A DNA stretch of 64,000 nt from a bacterium (GTDB taxonomy: Bacteria; UBP6; UBA1177; JAGLDR01), in assembly GCA_023145475.1 (NCBI GenBank), contig JAGLDR010000076.1, positions 5,488 to 69,487 on the forward strand, read 5' to 3'. The notes beneath the pieces were generated by a model that saw only the letters and a program-made list of their open reading frames with translations, made no database searches and was not told the DNA's origin. Made by a program: the position numbers and the translations under genes. Shown here piece after piece: positions 21,301 through 29,693 of this stretch (positions are counted from its first letter, which is position 1; each line of letters begins with the position of its first letter).

Positions 21301-22692
21301 AATCTCAAGAAAAGTTCTGGATATATTTTTCTTATTGGAGGGATGAATACTAACAACGATGCACTAAACGACATGTGGCGATTCAACACTGAAACAGAAA
21401 TATGGGAGCAACTGCTTCTTACACTTCAGGGGGATTTCAGAAAGGTAATTATTCAAGAGGTTGAAGGGAAATTGATTGCCGCAAACCCCATTATGGATGG
21501 CAACACAACACATCCTGCATTTACATTTGACCCAACGATTCAGAATATCAACAATATTGTTATTGAGTATGTTGAAATTCCTGTCACAGAAACAAAGTAT
21601 ATGTCGGATGAAAACTACTGTTTCTTGCAGAGAGATAGCTCTCTTTTTGGTGGTTTACTGTTTGGAAACAGCTGTATTCCATTCACTACAAGAAATCACG
21701 CATTTTATCAGATGAATGGTCTGGTCAACGATGTTGCAGGATATAACAACTATCTCTATACCTCACTTGACAACGCTGTAACCGTTCTTGATATTTCAAA
21801 CCCATCAAACATAGCAGAAGTATTGTCAATTCCGACTGATTTTGTGGTGCATGATATTGATATCAAAAACGATACCGCTTTTGTTACCGTAAATAACGGT
21901 ATTGCTTCGTATGATATTTCCGATGTGAACAACATTGTTTTGCAAGACTTCCTTATCACCTATAATACCGCAAACTTTGTCTATAGTTCAACCGGTCCAG
22001 TCACCGACAGCTACGGGAACCCCGTTCTTTCATCTGGAGAGCTTGGAGACACTACCGAATTAGTAATTGAAGGTAATTTGCTCTACGCAGCAGATGGACA
22101 CGGCATCACCGTGGTTAATATCTCAGATCCATCAAACTTGACGGTTGTCAACAATGTTTATACATCGGGAAACACCGAAACACTCGCCCTCACTGATGAT
22201 AAAATCTATGCGTATGATCGCTACAGTCTCAAGATTTATGATAAAGCAACACTCAATCAAGTCTACGCAGACTATCTTGATGAAGATGACTTTGGCTTTA
22301 CCGAAGATGAGCCGTGTGAAAACGCTCACTTCACTTCATACAACGGTGTTGTATACGCAGACTGTTTCCTCTCTTCATCAGTCTACACTATCGAACAAAA
22401 CTCTTATCTGTACGAGTTCCATCCGATGAGTGGTGACAGCGTTGAACTTGGTGACACATACATATCCGGTCAGTATGGCTATTTTGCCGATGGAACAGGA
22501 GTCAGAGTCAGTTATTTTGATCCGACGGCGCCTGTTTGTGGTGATGGCGTTGTTGAAGGCGATGAAGTGTGCGACAATAACATCGTTGCCTGTACAACAC
22601 TCAGCGGTGACTACATCGGCGGTGATGCCCCTTGTAATTCGACCTGCAACGGATACAATGAAAGTGGCTGTGAAGATGATGATGGATGGTAG
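18340..22692 (+). CDS. giant secreted mosaic protein: TSP type-3 Ca-binding repeats + LVIVD beta-propeller repeats + C-terminal Myxococcus-type Cys-rich repeat
   Basis: 1450 aa with a signal peptide. TSP3 repeats at about nt 19000-19200 ([38 protein letters not shown]). LVIVD-like repeats at about nt 21730-22250 ([31 protein letters not shown]). The C-terminal [15 protein letters not shown]...C resembles the myxobacterial cysteine-rich repeat. Confidence 0.7.
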   Translation: [1450 protein letters not shown]

Positions 22693-22719
22693 ATAATTAA
22701 TCTCCCTGCCTATCGGCAT

Positions 22720-22736
22720 CCCCCTTATTAAGGGGG
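22720..22736 (+). terminator. GC-rich hairpin (CCCCCTTA-TT-AAGGGGG region) downstream of the 1450-aa gene; no U-tract
   Basis: A 7-bp stem with a 3-nt loop lies 28 nt after the stop codon. It lacks a trailing T-run, so a canonical intrinsic terminator is uncertain. It could be an attenuating or RNA-stabilising stem-loop. Confidence 0.25.
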
Positions 22737-22761
22737 ACTGAGGAGGATAAAAAGGAGCGGT

Positions 22762-22770
22762 TGATATAAT
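22762..22770 (+). promoter_or_regulatory. candidate extended -10 promoter (TGATATAAT)
   Basis: TGnTATAAT at 22762-22770, directly after the hairpin. The six-frame ORF start at 22769 lies inside this element, which supports the later lipoprotein start at 22874. Confidence 0.3.
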
Positions 22771-22873
22771 GCGTAATATGTTAAATTTATTCAACAAGGG
22801 GTTGCAACCCCTTGTTGCCTTTCGGGCGACCACACGGGGGCGCCCCTACAAGACATCTCGTTTATTGGGGCGT

Positions 22874-24400
22874 ATGTTGATACGCCCTTACGGATTACTG
22901 TTTATCTTATTTCTTGTTATCTCTTGCACCACCACATCCACAAAAACAGATGCAGATGTTGTTGCAGACAGAGATATAGTTGTTGATGCTGATCTTGATT
23001 TCTCTGATTTTGATCGTGATTTACTTGATGAAGACAATGTGTCTGACTTTGATTCGATTGATGAAAAGCCAGATGCCGATTCAATCACTTGTCTTGATTT
23101 GAGATTCAACGAAAACACCATTAAGACAGCATTCCCATTTGAGGATAAGAACGGAAAAATCACTTTTTGTCGCCCTGGGTGTGATACCCCAACAGAGACT
23201 GACCCTCAGTGTGTCCGCAATATCTGGGAGTGGGACAACTGGAGTGAATATCAAGTCTATCTCGAAGCTCAAAAAAAAGATCCCAATCAAAAGTGGGAGA
23301 GAGAATGTTATCCATGGCCGTGTAAGTTGCCAGATATGAAAGCATATACCAATCCGTCCTACTATCACAAATGTGATAGATCGCTTGCCGTGCATGGATT
23401 TGATGCAAATATGGGGATAATATGGAGTCACGGCATGAGTGACGGAGTTGCAGGAATGGGTATGACTCACAGTTTACGAACTATTGAATACGATCCTGAA
23501 AAAGATGAATATATGACTTTGGGGCAAATGGACACTCTCTCTTTTAATGAGAATAGATATGTTTTACGAGTCTATGACAGAGATCCAGAGTTTCCTAGAT
23601 CGTTTATTGTTTCAATTTTAAGAAAAAACGGAAAATATTATTATGAGTTAATTTACGACAATAAAAATCACAATTCATGGTTATCTCGCCCTTCATTTGC
23701 TGGTAGAAAATGGGTTTTAATTCAAGTAAGGGAGGGGAAACAAAGTAGTGTTACTGAATTCAAATACGCCTCTTCAGAAGATTGGGAATGGCACAATCTT
23801 GAGGGAATAAACAACTATACGGGGGAAGGGAACATAGTTGGAGACCATTTGACATTTATCACCAACAACCGAGAAATATACTATTGCGATTTAAGAAAAT
23901 ATCCGAAACATATTAATGAATGTACACTCATTAACAGAAAAATGGAAACAGATGACTATGAATTAGGACACAGTCCTAGAATAGATCTAGAAAACGAAAA
24001 AAGATTGGTTTACAATGTGTATCGACAGAATATCTTTGTGGAAGTTGACTTAACTGACATTGATAATCCAATATACAAGAGATATGAAGTGCCAAAAAAT
24101 AAAGACGGAGATTATGCGTGGGAAATTGAGTCATTGAAAGGAGATAAACTAGTTTACGCCAGTTATTATAGCATCGAAGGAGGAGTAAATACTCTCGGTT
24201 GTTTCTACCGTTTTGACAAAGAAAAAATCTACTGCCCAGAAGAGGAAACAAGTGGAATTGACATGGGTTTCAATGTTTTTTGGGGCAAATGGCATCTTTG
24301 GAAAAACATAGGTACCCCAACTGCTATGATGCGAGACTGGGAGTGTTATTGTGAGGAGACGGGGATTTGTCCGTTGGCAAAACAAAAGGGCTTGAAATGA
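22874..24400 (+). CDS. lipoprotein with acidic linker, paralogous module family A (larger paralog)
   Basis: Start at 22874 gives MLIRPYGLLFILFLVISCTTTS (lipobox) followed by an acidic linker. The module KTAFPFEDKNGKITFCRPGCDTPTETDPQCVRNIWEWDNW...ECYPWPC is near-identical to that in the 17320 gene. Confidence 0.55.
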   Translation: MLIRPYGLLFILFLVISCTTTSTKTDADVVADRDIVVDADLDFSDFDRDLLDEDNVSDFDSIDEKPDADSITCLDLRFNENTIKTAFPFEDKNGKITFCRPGCDTPTETDPQCVRNIWEWDNWSEYQVYLEAQKKDPNQKWERECYPWPCKLPDMKAYTNPSYYHKCDRSLAVHGFDANMGIIWSHGMSDGVAGMGMTHSLRTIEYDPEKDEYMTLGQMDTLSFNENRYVLRVYDRDPEFPRSFIVSILRKNGKYYYELIYDNKNHNSWLSRPSFAGRKWVLIQVREGKQSSVTEFKYASSEDWEWHNLEGINNYTGEGNIVGDHLTFITNNREIYYCDLRKYPKHINECTLINRKMETDDYELGHSPRIDLENEKRLVYNVYRQNIFVEVDLTDIDNPIYKRYEVPKNKDGDYAWEIESLKGDKLVYASYYSIEGGVNTLGCFYRFDKEKIYCPEEETSGIDMGFNVFWGKWHLWKNIGTPTAMMRDWECYCEETGICPLAKQKGLK

Positions 24401-25353
24401 GAGTTTTTGTTTTTATTATATCCTTTTTTCCACTTCCGCGAACACTTCAGTACGATAAATATGTTACCGTTGACACAAAACTGCCACAATACAGTGGTTT
24501 TGAAGCAGACAACTGTGACTCTTTGACTTTTCACTATGGTGGAGATGAATTTCCTGTTGCTTCATGTCAGGCAGCCGTGCATTACTGCGCCAGTAACTAC
24601 AGGTGGGTTAAGGAGAGGGGTAAATGGGGCGAACAAGGTTACTGTACCACTTCAAACAAAGCTGGAGGCACAATGAATGACATCTGGCGATTTGACATTC
24701 AAACAGCAGAAATACAAGAAGATGGAAGTTTGGAGAACGATCACTTTAAATGGATTGGTCACAGAGTGAACAATATTCAAATATCTGGAAGCAGACTTTT
24801 CGCCGCATCAAGCGATAAAATCCGTATCTACACCATAAACGGTGGTGCATTGACTCGCGTTGGTTTAATTAATGCAGATAATCCGAGAAACATCAGAATA
24901 TTCAACGACAAATTGTTTGTTGCAGATGGAAGACAGGTCTCAGTATGGAATATCAGCGGTGATACTCCTGTTTTTGAGCGAGAAATTGAAACCAGTTACA
25001 AGGTGAAAGACCTTGAAATTGTAGATGGAAAACTGTTTGTTTACGAAGAAGAGACATATTGGCAGTGGTTCTGGTTGCGTAAACGGACAAAATTTGAGAT
25101 AATAGAGTTCGGAACGGATGAAGGAGACGAGACAGTGGTCTATACCAACGGTGTGAGTTGTAAAGATAGTGAGATGATGCAAGACGACAATTGTTTCTAT
25201 CTTGGCTGTCAAGATAGAAACAATAGAATAAACCTTGAAGCTCCTTTTGTTGGTGAAGCAGTGGATGGAGAGAAACGATATTTTAGAGATAGTTATTTAT
25301 ATGAAGACAGAATATATCAATCGTTTGATGGAGCTGTTCATGTTAGTAAATAA
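24397..25353 (+). CDS. secreted LVIVD-like beta-propeller repeat protein sharing a Cys module with the giant protein
   Basis: ATGA start/stop overlap with the upstream gene. SCQAAVHYCASNYRWVKERGKWGEQGYCTTSNK parallels [29 protein letters not shown] in the 1450-aa protein. LVIVD-like stretches are present (FVADGRQVSVWNISGDTPV). Confidence 0.5.
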   Translation: MRVFVFIISFFPLPRTLQYDKYVTVDTKLPQYSGFEADNCDSLTFHYGGDEFPVASCQAAVHYCASNYRWVKERGKWGEQGYCTTSNKAGGTMNDIWRFDIQTAEIQEDGSLENDHFKWIGHRVNNIQISGSRLFAASSDKIRIYTINGGALTRVGLINADNPRNIRIFNDKLFVADGRQVSVWNISGDTPVFEREIETSYKVKDLEIVDGKLFVYEEETYWQWFWLRKRTKFEIIEFGTDEGDETVVYTNGVSCKDSEMMQDDNCFYLGCQDRNNRINLEAPFVGEAVDGEKRYFRDSYLYEDRIYQSFDGAVHVSK

Positions 25354-25387
25354 TAATTTTATACACAATTATTCGTAGGAGTAAAAA

Positions 25388-26611
25388 ATGAAGAAAACAA
25401 TGATTATCGCGCTGTTAAGCGTAGCTTTTTTGATGTTATCATGTGGGTCAGGGCCAACCTGTACGCCACATAAAGGTCCAAAACCACTCTCTTATCAAGT
25501 AACTTTTGTTGAGAGCAGTGGAACAGGCGAAATGATGGTTCGTGCAACGGGTATGGGTTGTACTTTAGAGCAGGCATCACTTGATGCAAAACGCGCTGCA
25601 ATTTGGTTTGTACTCGAAGGTGGAGATAAGCCAATTTTGAAAAGTGCTGGTGAAAAGATGAAGGCAGTTGGAATGGAGACACAGATGTTTGAGAATCCAA
25701 ATATCTATATTCGCCATCAAAGTCCAGTTAAATCAAAAACTCGTGAAGCGGGAAAATTGAAGGTTGCCTATGTTATCAAACTTGATGTTGCATTGATTAC
25801 AGAAAAGATGGCATCAATCGGCGTTATTACCAGTGAAGAAGATCTTGGCGAAGAGCTCGGATTGCCAACACTTGCCGTTATGCCAAAAAGCTATGATCAA
25901 TTCTCAAACACAACAGTCGCTGTTATGCAAGAGTATCTGCAAGACAAGTCATTTGAGGTTTTGGTTGTCAGTCAGGCAAACAAAGTGAACAACTTAGTAC
26001 AGAAACTTTCGACACTCGAAGGTGCAGAGCCAGATCCAATGCATGATATGGCACTCTCACTCGGAAGTGACATCTATGTTACAATTTCATCTTCTCTTGC
26101 AATTGGTTCAACAGCTGGAATGGAGACCGCAAAAGCCTCTGTTCAAATTCAAGCGTATGAAACTGCAACAGGTAAATTGGTTGCTTCAACAAGTGCGTAC
26201 AGTCCAGAAAGACAAGTGACCGACAAGAATGCACTGATTCAAGAAGCGACAAATGATGCAGCAGCAAAAGTTGTCTCTCAAATCAAAAAAGAGTGGATGA
26301 AGATGGCTAAAAAAGGCAAGCCATTTAAGTTGACCGTTCTTTCAAATAGCAGCGATGGCCCTGCCGTTGATGCAGCAGTGTATGGTGCTTTAAAAGCACT
26401 CAGCAAGCGACCAATTAAGCGAACAGCTGGTGGAAAATCATCATTCAGTTATATTGCATGGATTAAGAATATTCCAAATGCATACGAACTGCTTGGTGCA
26501 ATTAAACAACACTATAAAGGTCCAGGATCTTTAGAGAAGGTAAGCGATACAGGTTCATTCCTGGTCATAAAAGCTGCTGGAAATGGCGAGATTGAAATCA
26601 CTATTGAATAG
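25388..26611 (+). CDS. lipoprotein, hypothetical (LPP20-like segments)
   Basis: MKKTMIIALLSVAFLMLSCGS lipobox; Ala/Lys-rich segments of the LPP20/FlgP type (ASVQIQAYETATGKLVAS...NDAAAKVVSQI). No confident family assignment. Confidence 0.5.
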   Translation: MKKTMIIALLSVAFLMLSCGSGPTCTPHKGPKPLSYQVTFVESSGTGEMMVRATGMGCTLEQASLDAKRAAIWFVLEGGDKPILKSAGEKMKAVGMETQMFENPNIYIRHQSPVKSKTREAGKLKVAYVIKLDVALITEKMASIGVITSEEDLGEELGLPTLAVMPKSYDQFSNTTVAVMQEYLQDKSFEVLVVSQANKVNNLVQKLSTLEGAEPDPMHDMALSLGSDIYVTISSSLAIGSTAGMETAKASVQIQAYETATGKLVASTSAYSPERQVTDKNALIQEATNDAAAKVVSQIKKEWMKMAKKGKPFKLTVLSNSSDGPAVDAAVYGALKALSKRPIKRTAGGKSSFSYIAWIKNIPNAYELLGAIKQHYKGPGSLEKVSDTGSFLVIKAAGNGEIEITIE

Positions 26612-26619
26612 GTGAAACA

Positions 26620-27876
26620 ATGAAAAAGATAGCATTGATTATCGCACTTCTTTTTATCTGGGGGGGCACTGCGTGTGCCTCCTCCCCTAAGAAGAAAAAT
26701 CATGGATATGATAAGGCAAAAAAAGAGGCGATGAGTGCATTTGATGAGCTAGATGGCGGCACTACTGCTATTCCTGCGAAGTCAGGCAACACAAAATCAA
26801 AAGCAAAACAAGAGTTCACAGAGCTTGACACTGCCTCAGCCTTGCTGAAGGGTGTTGGATATGGCGTAGCGCCTCAAAAGGCAAAGACAGACGCACTTGG
26901 ACAACTTTCAAATGCAATTATTGCCAAAGTGAAGGGAGTTACAACACTTTCACAAGAGGAAAAGAAGGGTGTCTACACCGAAATGCTGGCAAATGATATT
27001 GCTATTGAGTCAAACTCTCTGCTGAAAGGGGTGAAGTTTTCATCTCCAGCAAAAGAGGGAAAGCAGTACAAAGTCGTTGCATGGATGACACAACAATCTG
27101 TTATGCAGACTCTGCACTGGTTGATGTCAACAATGCCGGCAAATCTTGATGGAATGACCAATGTTGAGATGGAAAAGGTGATGACCTCAATTCATTTGAC
27201 GACAGCACTCATTTTTGCCGTTCCACCAAAGGCAATTCCAAAAAGAGACTCACTCCTGAAAACACTTGCAGCTTTGAAAAAAGAGATAGAAAAACGGGTT
27301 AATTTTGGTAGTTTTATCGTCTCTTTACCACAAAAAGTGAAGTATACGCTTTCGTTAAATGGCAAGAAGATTGAAGCAGAGAAACGCTATTTTCTTCCAC
27401 AGGCAAAGTACAATATTCACTTTACTTCAGAGGGATATAAAAAGATTGGTGCATCATTCTTTCTGAAAAGAGGAGACAGAAAAGTTGTTGAAATTCCTCT
27501 TGTTCCCGTGCTTGCACAGAAAGTTGATGTCTTTGTTCGTGTCGTCTCGCCAGTGAAGGTTATAAACGCAGTTGAGCAAGTTTTGCTTGATTACGGAATG
27601 ACTCCTGTCCAAGATTCGTCTGTGCGACACTCTGTCGTTATTCAAATGTCAGGAAACACAATCACTGTCGGTAAATACCGGAAATATCAGCTGATTATGG
27701 ATTTGCATTCGTTCAAAGATGGCAAGAAATATAAAATTGTCCATTATGAGCACAAACCATTCTTTGTTACCCCTGAAACTGAAAAACAGCTTATCCAAAA
27801 AAATGCGAGAAAAGTCGCAGTTGCTGTTACCAAACAATTCTTTGCGAAGATTAATGTGAAGGATTATCTGAAGTAA
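26620..27876 (+). CDS. lipoprotein, hypothetical (LPP20-like N-domain, PEGA-like C-region)
   Basis: MKKIALIIALLFIWGGTACAS lipobox, 9 nt after the previous gene. LKGVGYGVAPQKAKTDALGQLSNAIIAKV is LPP20-like. Confidence 0.5.
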   Translation: MKKIALIIALLFIWGGTACASSPKKKNHGYDKAKKEAMSAFDELDGGTTAIPAKSGNTKSKAKQEFTELDTASALLKGVGYGVAPQKAKTDALGQLSNAIIAKVKGVTTLSQEEKKGVYTEMLANDIAIESNSLLKGVKFSSPAKEGKQYKVVAWMTQQSVMQTLHWLMSTMPANLDGMTNVEMEKVMTSIHLTTALIFAVPPKAIPKRDSLLKTLAALKKEIEKRVNFGSFIVSLPQKVKYTLSLNGKKIEAEKRYFLPQAKYNIHFTSEGYKKIGASFFLKRGDRKVVEIPLVPVLAQKVDVFVRVVSPVKVINAVEQVLLDYGMTPVQDSSVRHSVVIQMSGNTITVGKYRKYQLIMDLHSFKDGKKYKIVHYEHKPFFVTPETEKQLIQKNARKVAVAVTKQFFAKINVKDYLK

Positions 27877-27917
27877 ATTTGTAGAAACGACGAATCACCT
27901 TCCCTCTTTATAAAAAC

Positions 27918-27945
27918 TTGTGTTATTCAACCCACTCTATATAGT
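27918..27945 (+). promoter_or_regulatory. candidate sigma70 promoter (TTGTGT-16-TATAGT) upstream of the aspT-like gene
   Basis: -35 at 27918-27923 and -10 at 27940-27945; the GGAGGAG RBS and ATG at 27984 follow. Confidence 0.25.
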
Positions 27946-27983
27946 GGACAAGGAAGTCCTATTTGTTTTAATGGAGGAGAGAG

Positions 27984-29693
27984 ATGGATTTAATTTATTC
28001 TCAGTTACGAGAGTTTCCCTTAATGAGCCTATTTATCGCACTGGCTCTTGGATATGTTGTTGGAGAGATAAAACTTGGCAAATTTCAAATTGGAGGAATT
28101 GCAGGCACACTTATTGTTGCTGTTTTTATTGGACAGATTGGAGGAATCGCGATAGCAGGCGATGTGAAATCTATCTTTTTCACCCTCTTTATTTTTATGG
28201 TTGGCTACAATGGTGGCCCACAATTCTTTGCCTCATTAAACCCGCGAGCATTAAAAAAACTATTTGCAGCAATAAGCATGACCGTTTTGGGACTGCTGAC
28301 CGTTTTAGGAGTTGCAATTCTAGCTGGACTTGATAAAGGGTTAGCGGCAGGTTTAGCGGCTGGAGGACTCACTCAATCAGCAATTATTGGAACGGCAGGA
28401 AACGCTATTGATAAATTAGGTCTTGCACACGGTGTTGCAGAAACACTCAAAACAAATGTTGCAGTTGGCTATTCTGTAACCTATATATTTGGCTCTATTG
28501 GCCCTATTTTAATGGTAATCATTCTTCCGCTCATCTACAAGTGGAACCTTAAAGACGAGGGTGCAAAGTTGGCTGAAAAACTTGGTGGTGGATCAAGACA
28601 GTTGACTGAAGGCCAATTTATGCCGCTTAATAGATTTAGCACAAGAGATTTTATAGTTTCAGAAAGCTCTCGCTATCTTAATATGAATGTAAAAGAGTTT
28701 GAAGAAAAGATTGAAGGAGACCTCGTTGTTGAGGAGATTATAAGAGATGGCATAAGTCTCGAATTGACTCTATCCACAGTGATTGAGAAAGATGATAGAG
28801 TTGCCGTAAGCGGTCTCGTCAATGATTTTGCAAAACTAGGAGATGCCTTAGGCAAAGAAATTGGTGAATTTGATAAAAGTTCAGCCTTGATAATTGAACA
28901 TAGACGCATAGTCCTTACCAATAAAAACCTTGATGGATTATCGTTGCAAGAGATTCACGACAAGTCAACTAAGAAGGAGCGACATGGTGTTTTTATCGCA
29001 AAGATATCAAGAAATCTTAAACCGTTAGAGACACTTCCTGGCACACTTGTTCATGTTGGAGATGAGATAACTCTTGTTGGAAAACCTGAAGAGATTAACC
29101 GTGTTTCAAAGCTCCTTGGATATAATTCCCCACTTCCAAGCGTTACAACATTCGCCATTTTGGGACTTGGAATGGCACTTGGATTTTTGATTGGTGAGAT
29201 ATCCTTCAAAATTGCAGGAACCTCTGTCTCATTAGGCTCAGGTCTTGGCTGCCTTGTTACGGGATTGACATTCGGATATTTACGAACTAAACATCGAAAA
29301 CTGGGCGGAATAAATAGCGGCGCCGCAAACTTCTTACAATCTTTTGGACTTGCTGTTTTTGTTGGAGTAGTCGGCATAAATGCAGGCGAACCAGCACTTA
29401 ACGCAATAAAAGAACATGGAATAACACTTCTCTTGCTTGGTGTTGTCGTAACGATGATTCCGCAAATTGTACAGTTCTTAATCAACTATTATATTTTGAA
29501 AATCAAAAATCCTGTGCAAGCACTCGCTGTTCTAACTGGCTCAAGAAGTGGAAATCCTGGTTTTGCAGTTCTACTTGAAAAGACAGGCAACAGCTCTGGA
29601 ACACCTGATTTCACGATGACATACGCTGTCGCAAATATATTTTTGACACTATGGGGCCCAATTATTGTAGCACTAATACCGATGGTAAATTAA
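27984..29693 (+). CDS. aspT: aspartate:alanine antiporter-like transporter (AAE family, YidE/YbjL/AspT type)
   Basis: 569 aa with two membrane domains flanking a cytoplasmic pair of TrkA-C-like domains, which is the AAE-family architecture. It sits directly upstream of an aspartate 4-decarboxylase, as in the known aspT-asdA pairs. Confidence 0.7.
   Translation: MDLIYSQLREFPLMSLFIALALGYVVGEIKLGKFQIGGIAGTLIVAVFIGQIGGIAIAGDVKSIFFTLFIFMVGYNGGPQFFASLNPRALKKLFAAISMTVLGLLTVLGVAILAGLDKGLAAGLAAGGLTQSAIIGTAGNAIDKLGLAHGVAETLKTNVAVGYSVTYIFGSIGPILMVIILPLIYKWNLKDEGAKLAEKLGGGSRQLTEGQFMPLNRFSTRDFIVSESSRYLNMNVKEFEEKIEGDLVVEEIIRDGISLELTLSTVIEKDDRVAVSGLVNDFAKLGDALGKEIGEFDKSSALIIEHRRIVLTNKNLDGLSLQEIHDKSTKKERHGVFIAKISRNLKPLETLPGTLVHVGDEITLVGKPEEINRVSKLLGYNSPLPSVTTFAILGLGMALGFLIGEISFKIAGTSVSLGSGLGCLVTGLTFGYLRTKHRKLGGINSGAANFLQSFGLAVFVGVVGINAGEPALNAIKEHGITLLLLGVVVTMIPQIVQFLINYYILKIKNPVQALAVLTGSRSGNPGFAVLLEKTGNSSGTPDFTMTYAVANIFLTLWGPIIVALIPMVN

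Noticed and set aside
22720-22736. Hairpin as a canonical Rho-independent terminator
   Set aside because: The stem is GC-rich, but there is no downstream U-tract. It is kept only as a low-confidence structured element.
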